Shown one piece after another: positions 1 to 11,251 of a DNA stretch of 64,000 bases. Position 1 is the first letter of the stretch; each line of letters begins with the position of its first letter. The DNA comes from Hydrurus foetidus (lineage: Eukaryota): NCBI GenBank assembly GCA_900617105.1, contig UYFQ01000723.1:248001-312000 (forward strand), given 5' to 3'. The notes below the pieces were generated by a model that saw only the letters and a list, made by a program, of their open reading frames with translations, made no database searches and had not been told where the DNA came from. The position numbers were made by a program, and so were the translations under genes.

Positions 1-1291
1 AAGTTTCTAACAAAATGCAGCAACAACAGTTGCAAAGCGATTTTTCTTCTCAACCTAAAGATAAAACATCAATCACATCATCAATCATTCCATTTGAAAA
101 AAGATGGCGTTTATGATGCAAAAGCAGAAGAATTGGTTACACTTAAACTTCAAAATAATTTAAAGGTTGAACAGGTTGGAAATATTTTAATGCAAATTTC
201 TAACAGCACGGAACGGTTCTTTACAAAGAACCTATCCATTCTCTATAAAAAGAAAGGTTCTTTTCAAAAGATTATGTGTTTGCAACTGGGCAATTTCGCC
301 CGGCTATTATATATCTAGTATGAGTATTTTGTCTAATACTTATGCCGATGTTGCAAGTTATAATTTTGGATATGAACCAACCAAAGTGGTTTCTAAAATT
401 AATTCCCTAGTGATTTTGTAAACTTTTGGGAACAAGCAAAAAGAGAACTGGCTTCAACTGCACCAAACTATGCAGTTACGCCTCGTCAGATTTGTCAAAT
501 AAATTTAGCGATGCTTATGAAGTAGAATATAAATCTACCGACAAAGCAATTATTTATGGCTGGTTAACTATTCCAAAATAGTAAAACCGCCCTGTTTTAT
601 ATAAAATTTCAGATTATCAAAGTGAGTTAGCACCAGAATTAAGAAGAGATGTTGCTGTGCTTTGTATCAATACTCGTGGCACTGGTGCAAGTAATCAAAA
701 CTACAATTTTGCTTATGACCAATTGGGTGTTTATAATTTAAAAGATAGAAACAGATACTTTTAAAGGGAACTTATTTAGATGCTTTTAAGAGGTTAGATT
801 TTATAACCACTTATGCATCTCAAATGGATTAGACACTAGAAAATTGTAGTAACAGGTGCAGGGTTAGGTGGAGCAGTTGCTGGAGTTATAGGAGCAATAG
901 ATTCTAGGCCATCGGGTGTTATTATGGAAGGTCCTTCCTTTATTGGAATGAGAGATATGATTAATTTTAGTGAAGGAATGACTAGCACAAGTTTTCCTGC
1001 ATCAATGTTTAAAAACTATTGTGGCAACCAAAAATCTTCAAAAGAATCTGTAATTAAAACCTTAGAATATTTCGATCCTATTTATTTTGCACCTTATATC
1101 AATTGCCCAACTTTAGTTGGGTTTAGTTTACATAATACAAACGTGCCTGCACAATGTGTTTATACTTTTATTAATCAACTAAGGTTTTCAAAAAAAGATG
1201 TTTATGAGTGTAAAGATTGTGGCAATAGTTTAGATAAAAGGTTTATGGTTTAAAAGAAACTTGGATTAAAGAAAGATTTGGTCAACCTTAA
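1..1291 (+). CDS. Acetylxylan esterase/cephalosporin-C deacetylase (CE7)-like alpha/beta-hydrolase, 5' end outside window, catalytic residues apparently replaced
   Basis: Joined frames give FWEQAKREL, INTRGTG, YLDA..LDF, KIVVTGAGLGG, TLEYFDPIYFAPYINCPTLVG, which is the CE7 layout; frameshifted. Confidence 0.7.
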
Positions 1292-1320
1292 AATAAATAT
1301 AACTTTATAAAAATTCATTA

Positions 1321-2160
1321 ATGAAAAATAGAATATTCAAAACCATACTAACACTAGCTATTGTACTGTGTTTTACACAATCTAGCTATGCTGGTTTCCT
1401 ATTGGTAATGGTCGCTGGTTGTTAGTGCCAACCTATACACGTTACACTGCTGATAGTTATTGGGATGCCACAGGAATATCCACACCTTATCCTAACAATG
1501 GACGTTTTACATCTAACTATTTTGGATTATTTGGTGGCGTAGGAATTGGTAGAGATGTAGATTTATTGTTTAACATCCCCGCAGTTTCTCAACGATTTAC
1601 TGAGAATGGAGTTGATGTAGAAACGCCTTTACAAACAACGGGGATATTACTATAGGACTAAGCTATTTTCTTAATCACTTCGATTATTATAAACATCTTT
1701 CTATTACAGGTTCTTTAATTGTTCCAACATATCCAGCAATTGAAGGAACCAATCTTTGCCAGGATATGCATCCGTTGGATTAGAGGCAAAAATTGGTTTA
1801 GCTGGTACCCAATACAAAAGTTTAAAAGATACTTACTACGATTTAGAAGCTGGACTTAGAACTTATTTTAATGCAGGCGGTCCAACTCAATTTTTCGCAA
1901 ACGCAACACTAGGTGTTCCAATAGATGATGGTTCTTGGAAGATTAGCGGTACTTTAAATTTTTTAACATCAAGCAGTAGTTCTAATAATTTCAAAACACC
2001 ACTACTTATCAATAAAGATTTTACTTATTTACGTGGTTCAATGGCACTTGGTAAAGGTTGGATAGAAATGTTTCACTTTGGTTTAGCATTTTTAAGGTTT
2101 TACAGGTAGAAGCATTGGGCAGGACAAAGGTTTTCAATATTTGCTGTTATCAAATTCTAG
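1321..2160 (+). CDS. Hypothetical exported protein, probable outer-membrane beta-barrel
   Basis: N-terminal signal peptide (MKNRIFKTILTLAIVLCFTQSSYA), amphipathic aromatic-rich strands, C-terminal Phe (..AVIKF*); ORFs 1419-1655 and 1756-2109 joined. Confidence 0.5.
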
Positions 2161-2178
2161 AATATTTTGTTTAACGAT

Positions 2179-2214
2179 AAAAGGTTGTCAACTTTTAGGG
2201 TTGATAACCTTTTT
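2179..2214 (+). terminator. Intrinsic terminator hairpin
   Basis: AAAAGGTTGTCAAC-loop-GTTGATAACCTTTT immediately after the upstream stop codon. Confidence 0.7.
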
Positions 2215-2238
2215 ATTCAAAACTAATCGTTCCACACT

Positions 2239-2246
2239 TACATTTG
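2239..2246 (+). promoter_or_regulatory. Bacteroidota -7 promoter element (TAnnTTTG)
   Basis: TACATTTG just upstream of ATG 2251. Confidence 0.55.
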
Positions 2247-2250
2247 CCTA

Positions 2251-2642
2251 ATGTCTTTGTTTAAAATAAATTGGGATGCAATGGAGTTACAGTTTCTGTG
2301 GCTTGTGCCATTCACTGTGCCATTCTGCCATTGGCAATTAGCAGTTTGCCATTATTTGGAATTAATATTATAGAAAACGCAGCTTTTGAGTATGGAATGA
2401 TAGCACTTGCATTTGTGGTAGGCTCTTATTCTCTGTATCACGGCTTTAAAAAGCACCATCACAACTGGCTACCCCTTATTTTATTTTCTATTGGAATGTT
2501 CTTTTAGTTATCAAACAAGTCTTTCACAACTGGCATTTGTATTTATTGATTCCCGCTGTTCTATTTATCATTGGCAGCCATTTTTAAACTACAAGTTTTG
2601 CCGAAGACACAATCACGCCCACAAAGAGATTGTGATCACTAG
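2251..2642 (+). CDS. MerC-domain membrane protein
   Basis: INWDA..GVTVSVACAIHCAILPL motif, several TM helices, His-rich loop and tail (KKHHH, HNHAHK). Confidence 0.8.
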
Positions 2643-2883
2643 AAATTTACCCAATAAGCCCAGTTTTAACCCCAGACATTGATAATTTTACCCTCGTTTG
2701 CCAAAATTTAACCCTCGATATTGATGTTTTAGCCTCATGCATCGATAATTTAACCCCCAACACCTATAGTTTAGCCCCGAAGTCGATAGTTTTCACCACG
2801 TTTTTCAATAATTTTCACCGCGACAGCCACAATTTTCACCAAGATTTTGATAATTTCAACCACGTAAGCCACAGTTTTCACCC
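2641..2883. repeat. Degenerate 21-bp-period tandem array (about 12 units)
   Basis: Core resembling GATAATTTTCACC plus ~8 variable nt; unit starts at 2681, 2702, 2723, 2744, 2765, 2785, 2807, 2828, 2849, 2870, with two weaker units at 2641 and 2661. Confidence 0.85.
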
Positions 2884-3280
2884 TATTTCCTCTCCTCACA
2901 CAATTCAATCAGCACACCATTGGTATTTTTTGGGTGAAGAAAGCACACTAGCTTATTATCTGCACCCAATTTTGGCTTTTCATTTAATAAAACAAACCTT
3001 CGTCTTGCAAACGTTTCATCTCTACATAAATATCCTCCACATCAAAGCAATATGATGAATCCCCTCTCCTTTCTTTTCAATAAATTTAGCTATAACACCA
3101 TCGGTGGTTTGGCTCTAATAATTCAATCTTAGTTTCTCCTTGTTTAAAGAAAGCAGTATTTACATTTTCGGTATCAACAGTTTCTGTTTTATAGCAATTT
3201 GTATTTAGCAACTTTTCAAACAAAGGAATAGATATTGAAAAATCTTTTACAGCAATACCAATGTGTTCTACTTTCTTCAT
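2883..3280 (-). CDS. mce: Methylmalonyl-CoA epimerase
   Basis: MKKVEHIGIAVK..ETKIELLE..GEGIHHIAF..GADNKLVCFLHPKNTNGVLIELCE. Confidence 0.92.
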
Positions 3281-3357
3281 AAAATTTTATTTCATTTCGA
3301 TTAATGGAAAACAAATTGAAGGTTCCGCTAAAAATCAAAATTATACCTTACCCTACT

Positions 3358-3365
3358 TACATTTG
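3358..3365 (+). promoter_or_regulatory. Bacteroidota -7 promoter element for the isc cluster
   Basis: TACATTTG upstream of iscS ATG 3392. Confidence 0.55.
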
Positions 3366-3391
3366 CATATTAATGAAAACAATAAAATTAT

Positions 3392-4598
3392 ATGTTGAAG
3401 TTACCAGTATATTTAGATAATAACGCTACAACCCCAATGGATCCAAGAGTATTATGGAGACAATGATTCATATTTTACCGAAAATTTTGGTAATGCAGCA
3501 AGTCGTAATCATCCTTTTGGTTGGGCAGCAGAAGAAGCTGTTGATTACGCTCGTGAGCAAGTAGCTCAATTAATGGTGCAGACCAAAAGAAATTATTTTT
3601 ACAAGTGGTGCAACCGAAGGTGACAATCTTGCTATTAAAGGTGTATATGAAATGTATGCTTCAAAGGCAATCATATTATTACTGTTACTACAGAACATAA
3701 AGCTGTTTTGGATACTTGTAAGCACATTGAAAAATTAGGTGGTGATAACTTATTTACAAGTAAAAGCTGATGGTTTAATTGATGTAAAGAGTTGGAAGCT
3801 GCCATTAAACCAACTACTATTTTAATCTCTATATGTATGCTAACAATGAAGTTGGCGTTATTCAACCCTAATAAAAGAAATTGCAGCATTAGCAAAGAAA
3901 AATGGTGTTTTATTTTTAGCGATGCTACCCAAGCTGTTGGTAAAATTCCTGTAAATGTAATTGCTGATGGAATTGATTTGACTTTCACTGGTCATAAAAT
4001 GTATGGTCAAAAGGAGGTGGGGCTTTATATATGTTCGTCGTAAAACCCTCGTGTAAAGTTACAGCTCAAATGGATGGTGGTGGCCACGAACATGGAATGC
4101 GTAGTGGAACATTAGAACGCGTTCCAGGTATTGTAGGTTTTGGTAAAGCTTGTGAATTATGCAGATTGGAAATGGATAAAGATGCTGCTCATACTTCTGT
4201 TTTAAGAGATAAATTAGAAAATGCTTTATGCCAGATTGAAGAGAGTTATGTAAATGGCAACAAAGAACATCGTTTACCACGTTGCAAATATTTCTTTTAA
4301 ACACGTTGAAGGAAGGTTTGTTAATGGGCTTTAATAAAAACATTGCATTAAGTTCGTGGGTCTGCTTGTACTAGTGCATCTTTAGAACCAAGCTATGTTT
4401 TAAAAGCTTTGGGTTTAGGAGATGATTTAGCACATAGCAGTTTGCGTTTTAACCCAAGCCGTTTTACAACTGAAGAACAAATTGATTATACAATTGAACA
4501 AATTACAAACACTGTTTTAAAGTTGAGATATGAGTCCGCTTTGGGAAATGTACAAAGAAGGAATTGATTTGAACAGTATTGAATGGGCACACCATTAG
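3392..4598 (+). CDS. iscS: Cysteine desulfurase
   Basis: [66 protein letters not shown]-terminal [16 protein letters not shown]. Confidence 0.95.
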
Positions 4599-4746
4599 AT
4601 TTTAAATTTGAAGATTTGAGATTTGAAGATTTTACAACAACCATCTTCTGATTCAGATTTTCAATCAAAAACAAAACATTATTAAAATAAGTAAGTTTGA
4701 ACATTATAAAATAATTTTCAAATCTTCAAATCTTTAAATTTTCAAA
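4599..4746. repeat. Inverted pair of short tandem octamer arrays (ATTTGAAG..CTTCAAAT) between iscS and iscU
   Basis: Left arm ATTTTAAATTTGAAGATTTGAGATTTGAAGATTTT; right arm AATTTTCAAATCTTCAAATCTTTAAATTTTCAAAT. Confidence 0.7.
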
Positions 4747-4747
4747 T

Positions 4748-5163
4748 ATGGCATACTCGATAAAGTTATCGATCATTACAGCAATCAAAAACGTTGGAAC
4801 ACTTGATAAAGCAAGTAAAAACGTTGGAACTGGTTTAGTTGGAGCTCCAGAATGTGGAGACGTTATGAGACTTCAAATTGAAGTGGATGATGCAACAGGT
4901 ATTATCAAAGACGCTAAATTCAAAACATTTGGATGTGGCTCTGCTATTGCATCTTCAAGTTTAGCTACAGAATGGTTTAAAGGTAAAACTGTTGACCAGC
5001 TGTTGCAATTGACAATATGGATATTGTTGAAGAGTTAAATCTTCCTCCTGTAAAATTCACTGTTCAGTTTTAGCAGAAGATGCAATTAAAGCTGCTATTA
5101 ATGACTATCGTGTAAAAATGGTTTAGAGCAGTTAGTATTTGAAGAAAAAAGGAGTTCATCAAA
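4748..5163 (+). CDS. iscU: Fe-S cluster scaffold
   Basis: MAYS..NVGTGLVGAPECGDVMRLQI..KFKTFGCGSAIASSS..LPPVKIHCSVLAEDAIKAA. Confidence 0.95.
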
Positions 5164-5173
5164 ATTATTTCAA

Positions 5174-5519
5174 ATGGTAGCTACAGAAAATAGTATTTAT
5201 GTTTCGGATAAAGCTAAAGCCAAAGCAATAAAACTGATGGAAGAAGCTGGTGTTGCTGATGACTCATCTTATTTTTAAGAGTTGGAGTTGTTGGTGGTGG
5301 TTGTAGTGGTTAAGCTACAAACTTGACTTGACAACGAGATAAAACCAATGGATCAAGTTTTGAAGACAATGGAATAAAAGTTGTCTGCGATTTAAAAGCT
5401 TTCTATACCTTGTAAATACAGAGCTTGATTTTAGTGATGGATTGAATGGAAAGGGGTTTTATTTCAGTAATCCAAATGCCAGCAGAAGCTGTGGTTGTGG
5501 AGAAAGTTTTGCGGTGTAG
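5174..5519 (+). CDS. iscA: HesB/IscA family Fe-S carrier
   Basis: [42 protein letters not shown]. Confidence 0.9.
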
Positions 5520-5568
5520 AATTTTCTTTCAACCCTTATAAACTAATAATAAATAAAAATTTAAAAAT

Positions 5569-6168
5569 ATGTCATTTACACTTTCACCTTTGCCCTATGC
5601 TAACGAAGGCATTAGAACCACACATTGATACTTTAACAATGCAAATCCATACGGAAAGCATCATCAAGCTTATGTAGATAATTTAAATAAAGCGGTTGCT
5701 GGTTCGCCAAACGAAGGAAAATCGTTAGAAGAATTAGTAGCTGTTGCTGGTTCAATTCTCCTGCTGTTCGTAATAATGGTGGTGGACATTGGAACCATAC
5801 TTTCTTTTGGGAAGTTTAGCACCAAATGCTGGTGGTACTCCAACTGGAGATGTAGCTGCTGCTATTGATGCTGCTTTGGAAGTTTTGAAGAATTTAAAAC
5901 AAAATTTGCAACTGTTGGAACAACTCGTTTTGGCAGTGGTTGGGTTTGGTTAATTGTAAAAGATGGTAAAATTAGAAATATCATCAACACCTAATCAAGA
6001 TAACCCTTTAATGGATGTTGCAGAAGTAAAAGCACACCAATTTTAGGTATTGATGTTTGGGAACACATACTATTTAAAGTATCAAAACAAACGCCCAGAT
6101 TACTAGCTGCAATCTGGAATGTTATTAATTGGACAAAAGTCGCTGAGCGTTTTGCTGCAGCAAAATAA
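5569..6168 (+). CDS. Fe/Mn superoxide dismutase
   Basis: [58 protein letters not shown]. Confidence 0.93.
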
Positions 6169-6229
6169 TATAGTTTCATTTTGTTTTTATGAAAGTCCCT
6201 CACTAGAGGGTTTTATTATACTTTGCTAA

Positions 6230-6812
6230 ATGAAAAATCAACCTATTACCTCGGTTTTTGCAATACTTTTAGTTTCATTTTGGTTTGCTATAAATAAACT
6301 TACTCCTTTTCTCAAAGTAAATTATCAAAACGTAGCACTGTTCATCCATTTAGTTTTACAAATCAAGATAGTGCAAGTTTTACTAATGCAGACATGTTGG
6401 GTAGGTTTGTGTGGTGGAATATTTCTTTACAACCTGTCAAGAATTTGCCCTAAAATGAATCATAATATGAAAGACATTTATGGACTTTTTAAATCAAATA
6501 AAGACTTTTAATTGTATCACATACTTGTCAGCCAAGTGGATTCAGTTCCTTTAATAAAAGCATATTCTCAAAAAAATGAATTCAATAATATTAATTGGGT
6601 ATTTGTTACTGGCAGTAAGGAGAATCTTTATAAAATGGCAAGATTTAGTTATGGTTTAGACGATCCCAAAATGCTGTTACTAATGTTGAAGATGATTTTA
6701 TACATACACAATTCTTTAGCTTAGTTGATAAAAATGGCAATGTAAGAGGTGGCGTTTATGATGGATTAAAAAAAGATCTTGATAAATTGAAAGAAGATAT
6801 CAGCGGTTTATA
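6230..6812 (+). CDS. SCO family protein
   Basis: FFTTC..ICPKM (CxxxC), WVFVTGSKENLYKMAR, FIHTQFFSLVDKNGNVRG..YDG. Confidence 0.8.
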
Positions 6813-6876
6813 AAAAAAGCCTTTGAAGAATAATTTCAATGGAGTCTTTACAAACTAACAAACACAATTAAGATTC

Positions 6877-7554
6877 TCACTCTTCATCATTCATTAAATC
6901 TGGTCTTCTGACTCTTGTTCTTTCAAGCGATTGTTCGTATCGCCAATCTTCTACTTTTGGGATCGCCAGTTAATAAAATATCTGGCACTTTCCATCCATT
7001 AAAATCTGCTGGACGAGTGTAAACCGGAGGAGCTAATAAATTATCTGAAACGAATCTGTCAATGCCGATGTTTCATCATTTAATACACCTGGAATCAGTC
7101 TTCCAATAGAATCTACAAGTATTGCTGCTGCAAGTTCTCCCCATAAAACATAATCTCCAATAGAAATTTCCTTAGTTACATAATGGTCTCTAATACGTTG
7201 GTCAATGCCTTTGTAATGCCCACAAATAATAAGTAAATTATCTTTTAAAGAAAGTTGGTTAGTCATCTGCTGATTAAAAGTTTCTCCATCGGGCGTAACA
7301 TAAATAATCTCATCAAACTTGGTATCTTGTTGCAACTCTTCAATAGCATTCATTAAAGGCTCACACATTATTACCATTCCTGCACCACCACCATATTGGT
7401 AGTCATCTACCTGTTTATGTTTATTGATAGACCATTTGCGAAGATTATGTACCACTACATTTTAGGATTCCCTTTTCTTTGCACGCTTTAAAATGCTATG
7501 ATTAAAAGGACTTTCTAAAAGCTCTGGAACAACCGATATAATATGAATATTCAT
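6877..7554 (-). CDS. trmD: tRNA (guanine37-N1)-methyltransferase
   Basis: [57 protein letters not shown]. Confidence 0.95.
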
Positions 7555-7600
7555 TATTGTGTTTGTGTGGGCAAAAATAGGGCAACAAGTTGATGAACGC

Positions 7601-8016
7601 TTAACTACTATGGTCTGCCACAATAACCCATTCTCATTTATTTTTCTGATAAGCGAAAGTATAATGCCCACTAACATCGCCAACACTTCTTTTCAAATAC
7701 CATTTGCAACAACAAAATAATATTCTTTAGAAAGCTTTTCATAGATAAAATGGTGCTGGTAAACTTGCCCATTCTTGCAGTATCGGGATAACCTTTTTGT
7801 AATTTTCTAACGTTACATTGTAGCCATACTTAGGCCCATTTTTACCAATAAACAACAAACTATCATTCTGCCAATAGCCTTTCATAAAAGCATCTAAGTT
7901 TCCATTGTTCCATTCTTTTTCTTGAGCTTGCAGCATTTTAAGAATGGCAGTTTCGTTTGTTTGGGCGATGTTGTTATGCTGATTAAACATAATACAGTAA
8001 ATAAAATATATTTCAT
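7601..8016 (-). CDS. NTF2-like (DUF4440/YybH) exported protein
   Basis: QEKEWNNGNLDAFMKGYWQNDSLLFIGK..C-terminal IVADHSS. Confidence 0.8.
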
Positions 8017-8142
8017 AATTACTTTTAAAGAACAAGATTAAAGGTATTTCCTCAACTAACCAATATAGAATTTGCAATAAATAAATGGTGAATCTAAAAT
8101 CATTTAATGGCAAATTGAATTAGTATTATGAAACGATTATAA

Positions 8143-8748
8143 ATGCAAACTATGCCCTACAAACAACATCTTTCAAAAGATAAAAAACTAGCCAAAATTT
8201 TACACGATGAACATCATCAATTAGAAATGAAAAGAATATTCCATTAAGGTTAATGGCAAGTATTATGGGGCAGCAATTAAGTACCAAAGTGGCAAAGTAA
8301 TCTATCATAGATTCTTAGATTTATATGGCAAAAAGAGCCTAAATCACAGCAAGTAATAGACACACCTCACGAAACATTAAGAGCTATTGGGCTTAGCAAT
8401 GCCAAAGTTCAGTATGTAAAAATGTAGCAGTATTTTTGTATAGAACATAAAATCAATGATAAAAATTAGCAACCCTTAGCAACAGAAAGTATTGATTTAC
8501 TCACCCAAATAAAGGCGTTGGCAAAATGGACAGTTGAAATGTTACTAATGTTTTCTTTGGGCAGAAGATGTTTTTGCAGTAGATGATTTAGGCATTCAAC
8601 AAGCAATAACAAAACTTTACAAACTAGAAGATTTAGACAAAAAGCAACTGAAAGAAAAATGCTAACACTATCACATAAATGGTCTCCATATAGAACCTAT
8701 GCTTGTTTGCATTTGTGGAGTTGGAAGGATAACACACCAAAGCCATAA
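8143..8748 (+). CDS. DNA-3-methyladenine glycosylase II (AlkA/HhH-GPD family)
   Basis: HLSKDKKL, SIMGQQLSTKVA, LRAIGLSNAK, LTQIKGVG..WTVEMLLMF, DDLGIQ, WSPYRTYACLHLW. Confidence 0.88.
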
Positions 8749-8868
8749 AGATTTTTTCTTTTGCTAAAAATGGATTATCAACAAAATGTGGATACAAAAT
8801 CAACAAGTTTTATTCGCCCAATTAACAAACCCCTTAATTTTATAGCAGACTTTTAAAACTGAACTAAA

Positions 8869-9278
8869 ATGAGAGGTGTAAATAAAGTAACCTAATGGGC
8901 AACTTGGGTAAAGACCAGAATTAATTATACTTGAAGGTAACATAGCTGTTGTTAAATTTCCTTTAGCTACAACAGAAACCTATAGAGATAAAATGGCAAA
9001 CAATATCAAACAGATTGGCATACTGTTGTGTTTGGCGAGGCTTAGCTGAACTTGCTCAAAATATTTACATAAAGGAAGTTATATTTATGTTGAAGGAAGA
9101 CTAAGAACCAGAAGTTGGGAAGATAAAGGGAAATAAAAATTTTGCTACAGAAGTTGTTGGAGACAACCTGATTATGCTAGATAAACGAAGCGACAGCACA
9201 GGTCAAATTGAAGGTAGCGAAGGCTTTTTGCCAGAAATTCCTAATCCAAATGACATTGAAGGAAATTTACCATACTAA
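8869..9278 (+). CDS. ssb: Single-stranded DNA-binding protein
   Basis: MRGVNKV..GNLGK, FPLATTE, WH.VV, IYVEGRLRTRSW, acidic tail ending LPY. Confidence 0.92.
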
Positions 9279-9345
9279 TTTTTCAATTAAACCAATACTT
9301 TTGCTCAGTCTCTAAAAGACATATTTTTCACTAAAAATCCCGCAT

Positions 9346-10640
9346 TGGACTATTATTCTGCATTTATTACTATTCTTTCTGTTAATGCCCAGGCAACGCC
9401 AGTGCTTCTTTTATTTTACTATTGCTGCTAGGATTTTCATTTATGATTAGCGGCTCAGAAGTTGCCTTCTTCTCCTTAAATTATAAAGATATCAATTTGC
9501 TTAAAACCAAGCAAACAGAGCCTTACAGGCGTATTGTAAATTTATTAGAGAACCCTAAAACGCTGTTGGCATCAATGCTTATTGCTAATAGTTTCATCAA
9601 TATTGCTATCATTGTTATTTCTAATTTGCTAATAGATTCATACATTCATTTTGAAACTATGCATTGGTTAGAATTAATAAAAGTGGTTTTGTAACTTCTC
9701 TACTATTACTGTTTTGCGAGGTAATGCCAAAAGTTATGGCAACTCAAAACAATATTCGTTTTGCAAAACAAGTAGCCCCAGTGGTAGAAAGTATCAACTA
9801 TTTATTTAAACCTATTAGTATTGGACTTGTAAAATGGAGCGATAGTATTGAGAAAAATTAACCAACAAATCACAAGGCGTTGTTACAAATGAAGAGATGA
9901 GCCACACAATTGACATTACTTATCAGAACAAAGTGAGAAGAATATTTTAAAAGGAATCCTTGAGTTTGGCACCATTACAGTAAAGCAAATTATGAAAACC
10001 AGAATGGATGTTTCTGGTATAGAATACGATACTAATTTCTCTGATCTTATTCGTAGAATAGAAAAATTACATTACAGCAGATTGCCTGTTTTAAAGAAGA
10101 TTTAGATGAGGTGGTTGGCATATTACACACCAAAGATTTGTTGCCACATCTTGATAGTGATGATAGTTTTGATTGGCGAACTGTAATGCGTTCTCCATTT
10201 TTGTTCACGAGCAAAAGCTGATTGAAGATTTACTGCAAGAGTTTCAAGCCAAAAGAATTCACTTTGCAGTTGTTGTAGATGAATTTGGTGGAACCAGCGG
10301 TATTGTAACTTTAGAAGATGTTTTAGAAGAAGTTATTGGAGAGATTAAAGACGAGTTTGATGAAGAAGAAATATCGTTTAAAACTTGATGATAACAATAC
10401 ATTTTGAAGGTAAAACAATGATTAATGATGTTTGCAAAATAATGGAATTACCTGCCGATACATTTGATGTTGTTAAAGGAGAAAGTGATTCTTTAGCAGG
10501 TTTGGTGCTTGAAATTGCTGGCGAAATTCCACAATCAATGCAGCTTGTAGAATGTGGTGATTTTGAGTTTACTGCTTTAGAGATTGTTAAGCATAGAATA
10601 GAAAAAATTAAAGTAACTATTAAGCCATTGCGATGCATAA
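9346..10640 (+). CDS. gldE: Gliding motility-associated CBS/CorC-domain protein
   Basis: [62 protein letters not shown]; ssb-gldE-gldD gene order. Confidence 0.88.
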
Positions 10641-11244
10641 TCAATTTACGACACAAAAATATCAAGCAAAATAGTTTCATTTTTTAGCCTACTTGTTACA
10701 ATTTCTTTACTTACTTCTTGCAAAGAAACTGTAAACAAGCCTAAAGGATATTTTAAAATTGATTTCCCTAAACGTCAATACCAATCTTTTAATCAAGAAG
10801 GTTATCCATATAGTTTTGAATTTCCTGCTTGCAAAATTATAAAAGATTCAAGCTTTTTGGCGAAGCAACAGAAAACCCTTGGTGGATTAATGTCGATTTT
10901 CCGAAATTTAATAGCAGGATTTATATTAGCTATAAAGAAATAGGCAAGAACAAACTTGACTCACTTTTGAGACACTCATTTAGATTGGCTGATGCACATA
11001 ATAGCAAAGCAACATTTAAAGATGATTCTTTAATTATGACACCCAATAACGTCAATGGAATGTTGTTTCAATTAGGGAAATGTTGCAACTGCCAATCAAT
11101 TTTTTGTTACAGATAGCAGTAAACATTTCCTACGTGGGGCTTTGTATTTTGATGCTACACCTAACGAAGATTCATTAAAATTGTTAATGATTTTTGTTAG
11201 AAGATATGCGTCACCTAATCAATACTTTAAAGTGGAAAAATTAA
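10633..11244 (+). CDS. gldD: Gliding motility lipoprotein
   Basis: Lipobox TSC, KPKGYFKIDFP, YPYSFEFP, ATANQF..TDSSKHFLRGALYFDATPNEDS. Confidence 0.9.
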
Positions 11245-11251
11245 AATAATT

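Noticed and set aside
2641..2883. CRISPR array
   Set aside because: The conserved part (~13 nt) is degenerate and the variable parts (~8 nt) are far too short for spacers; no cas genes in the window.
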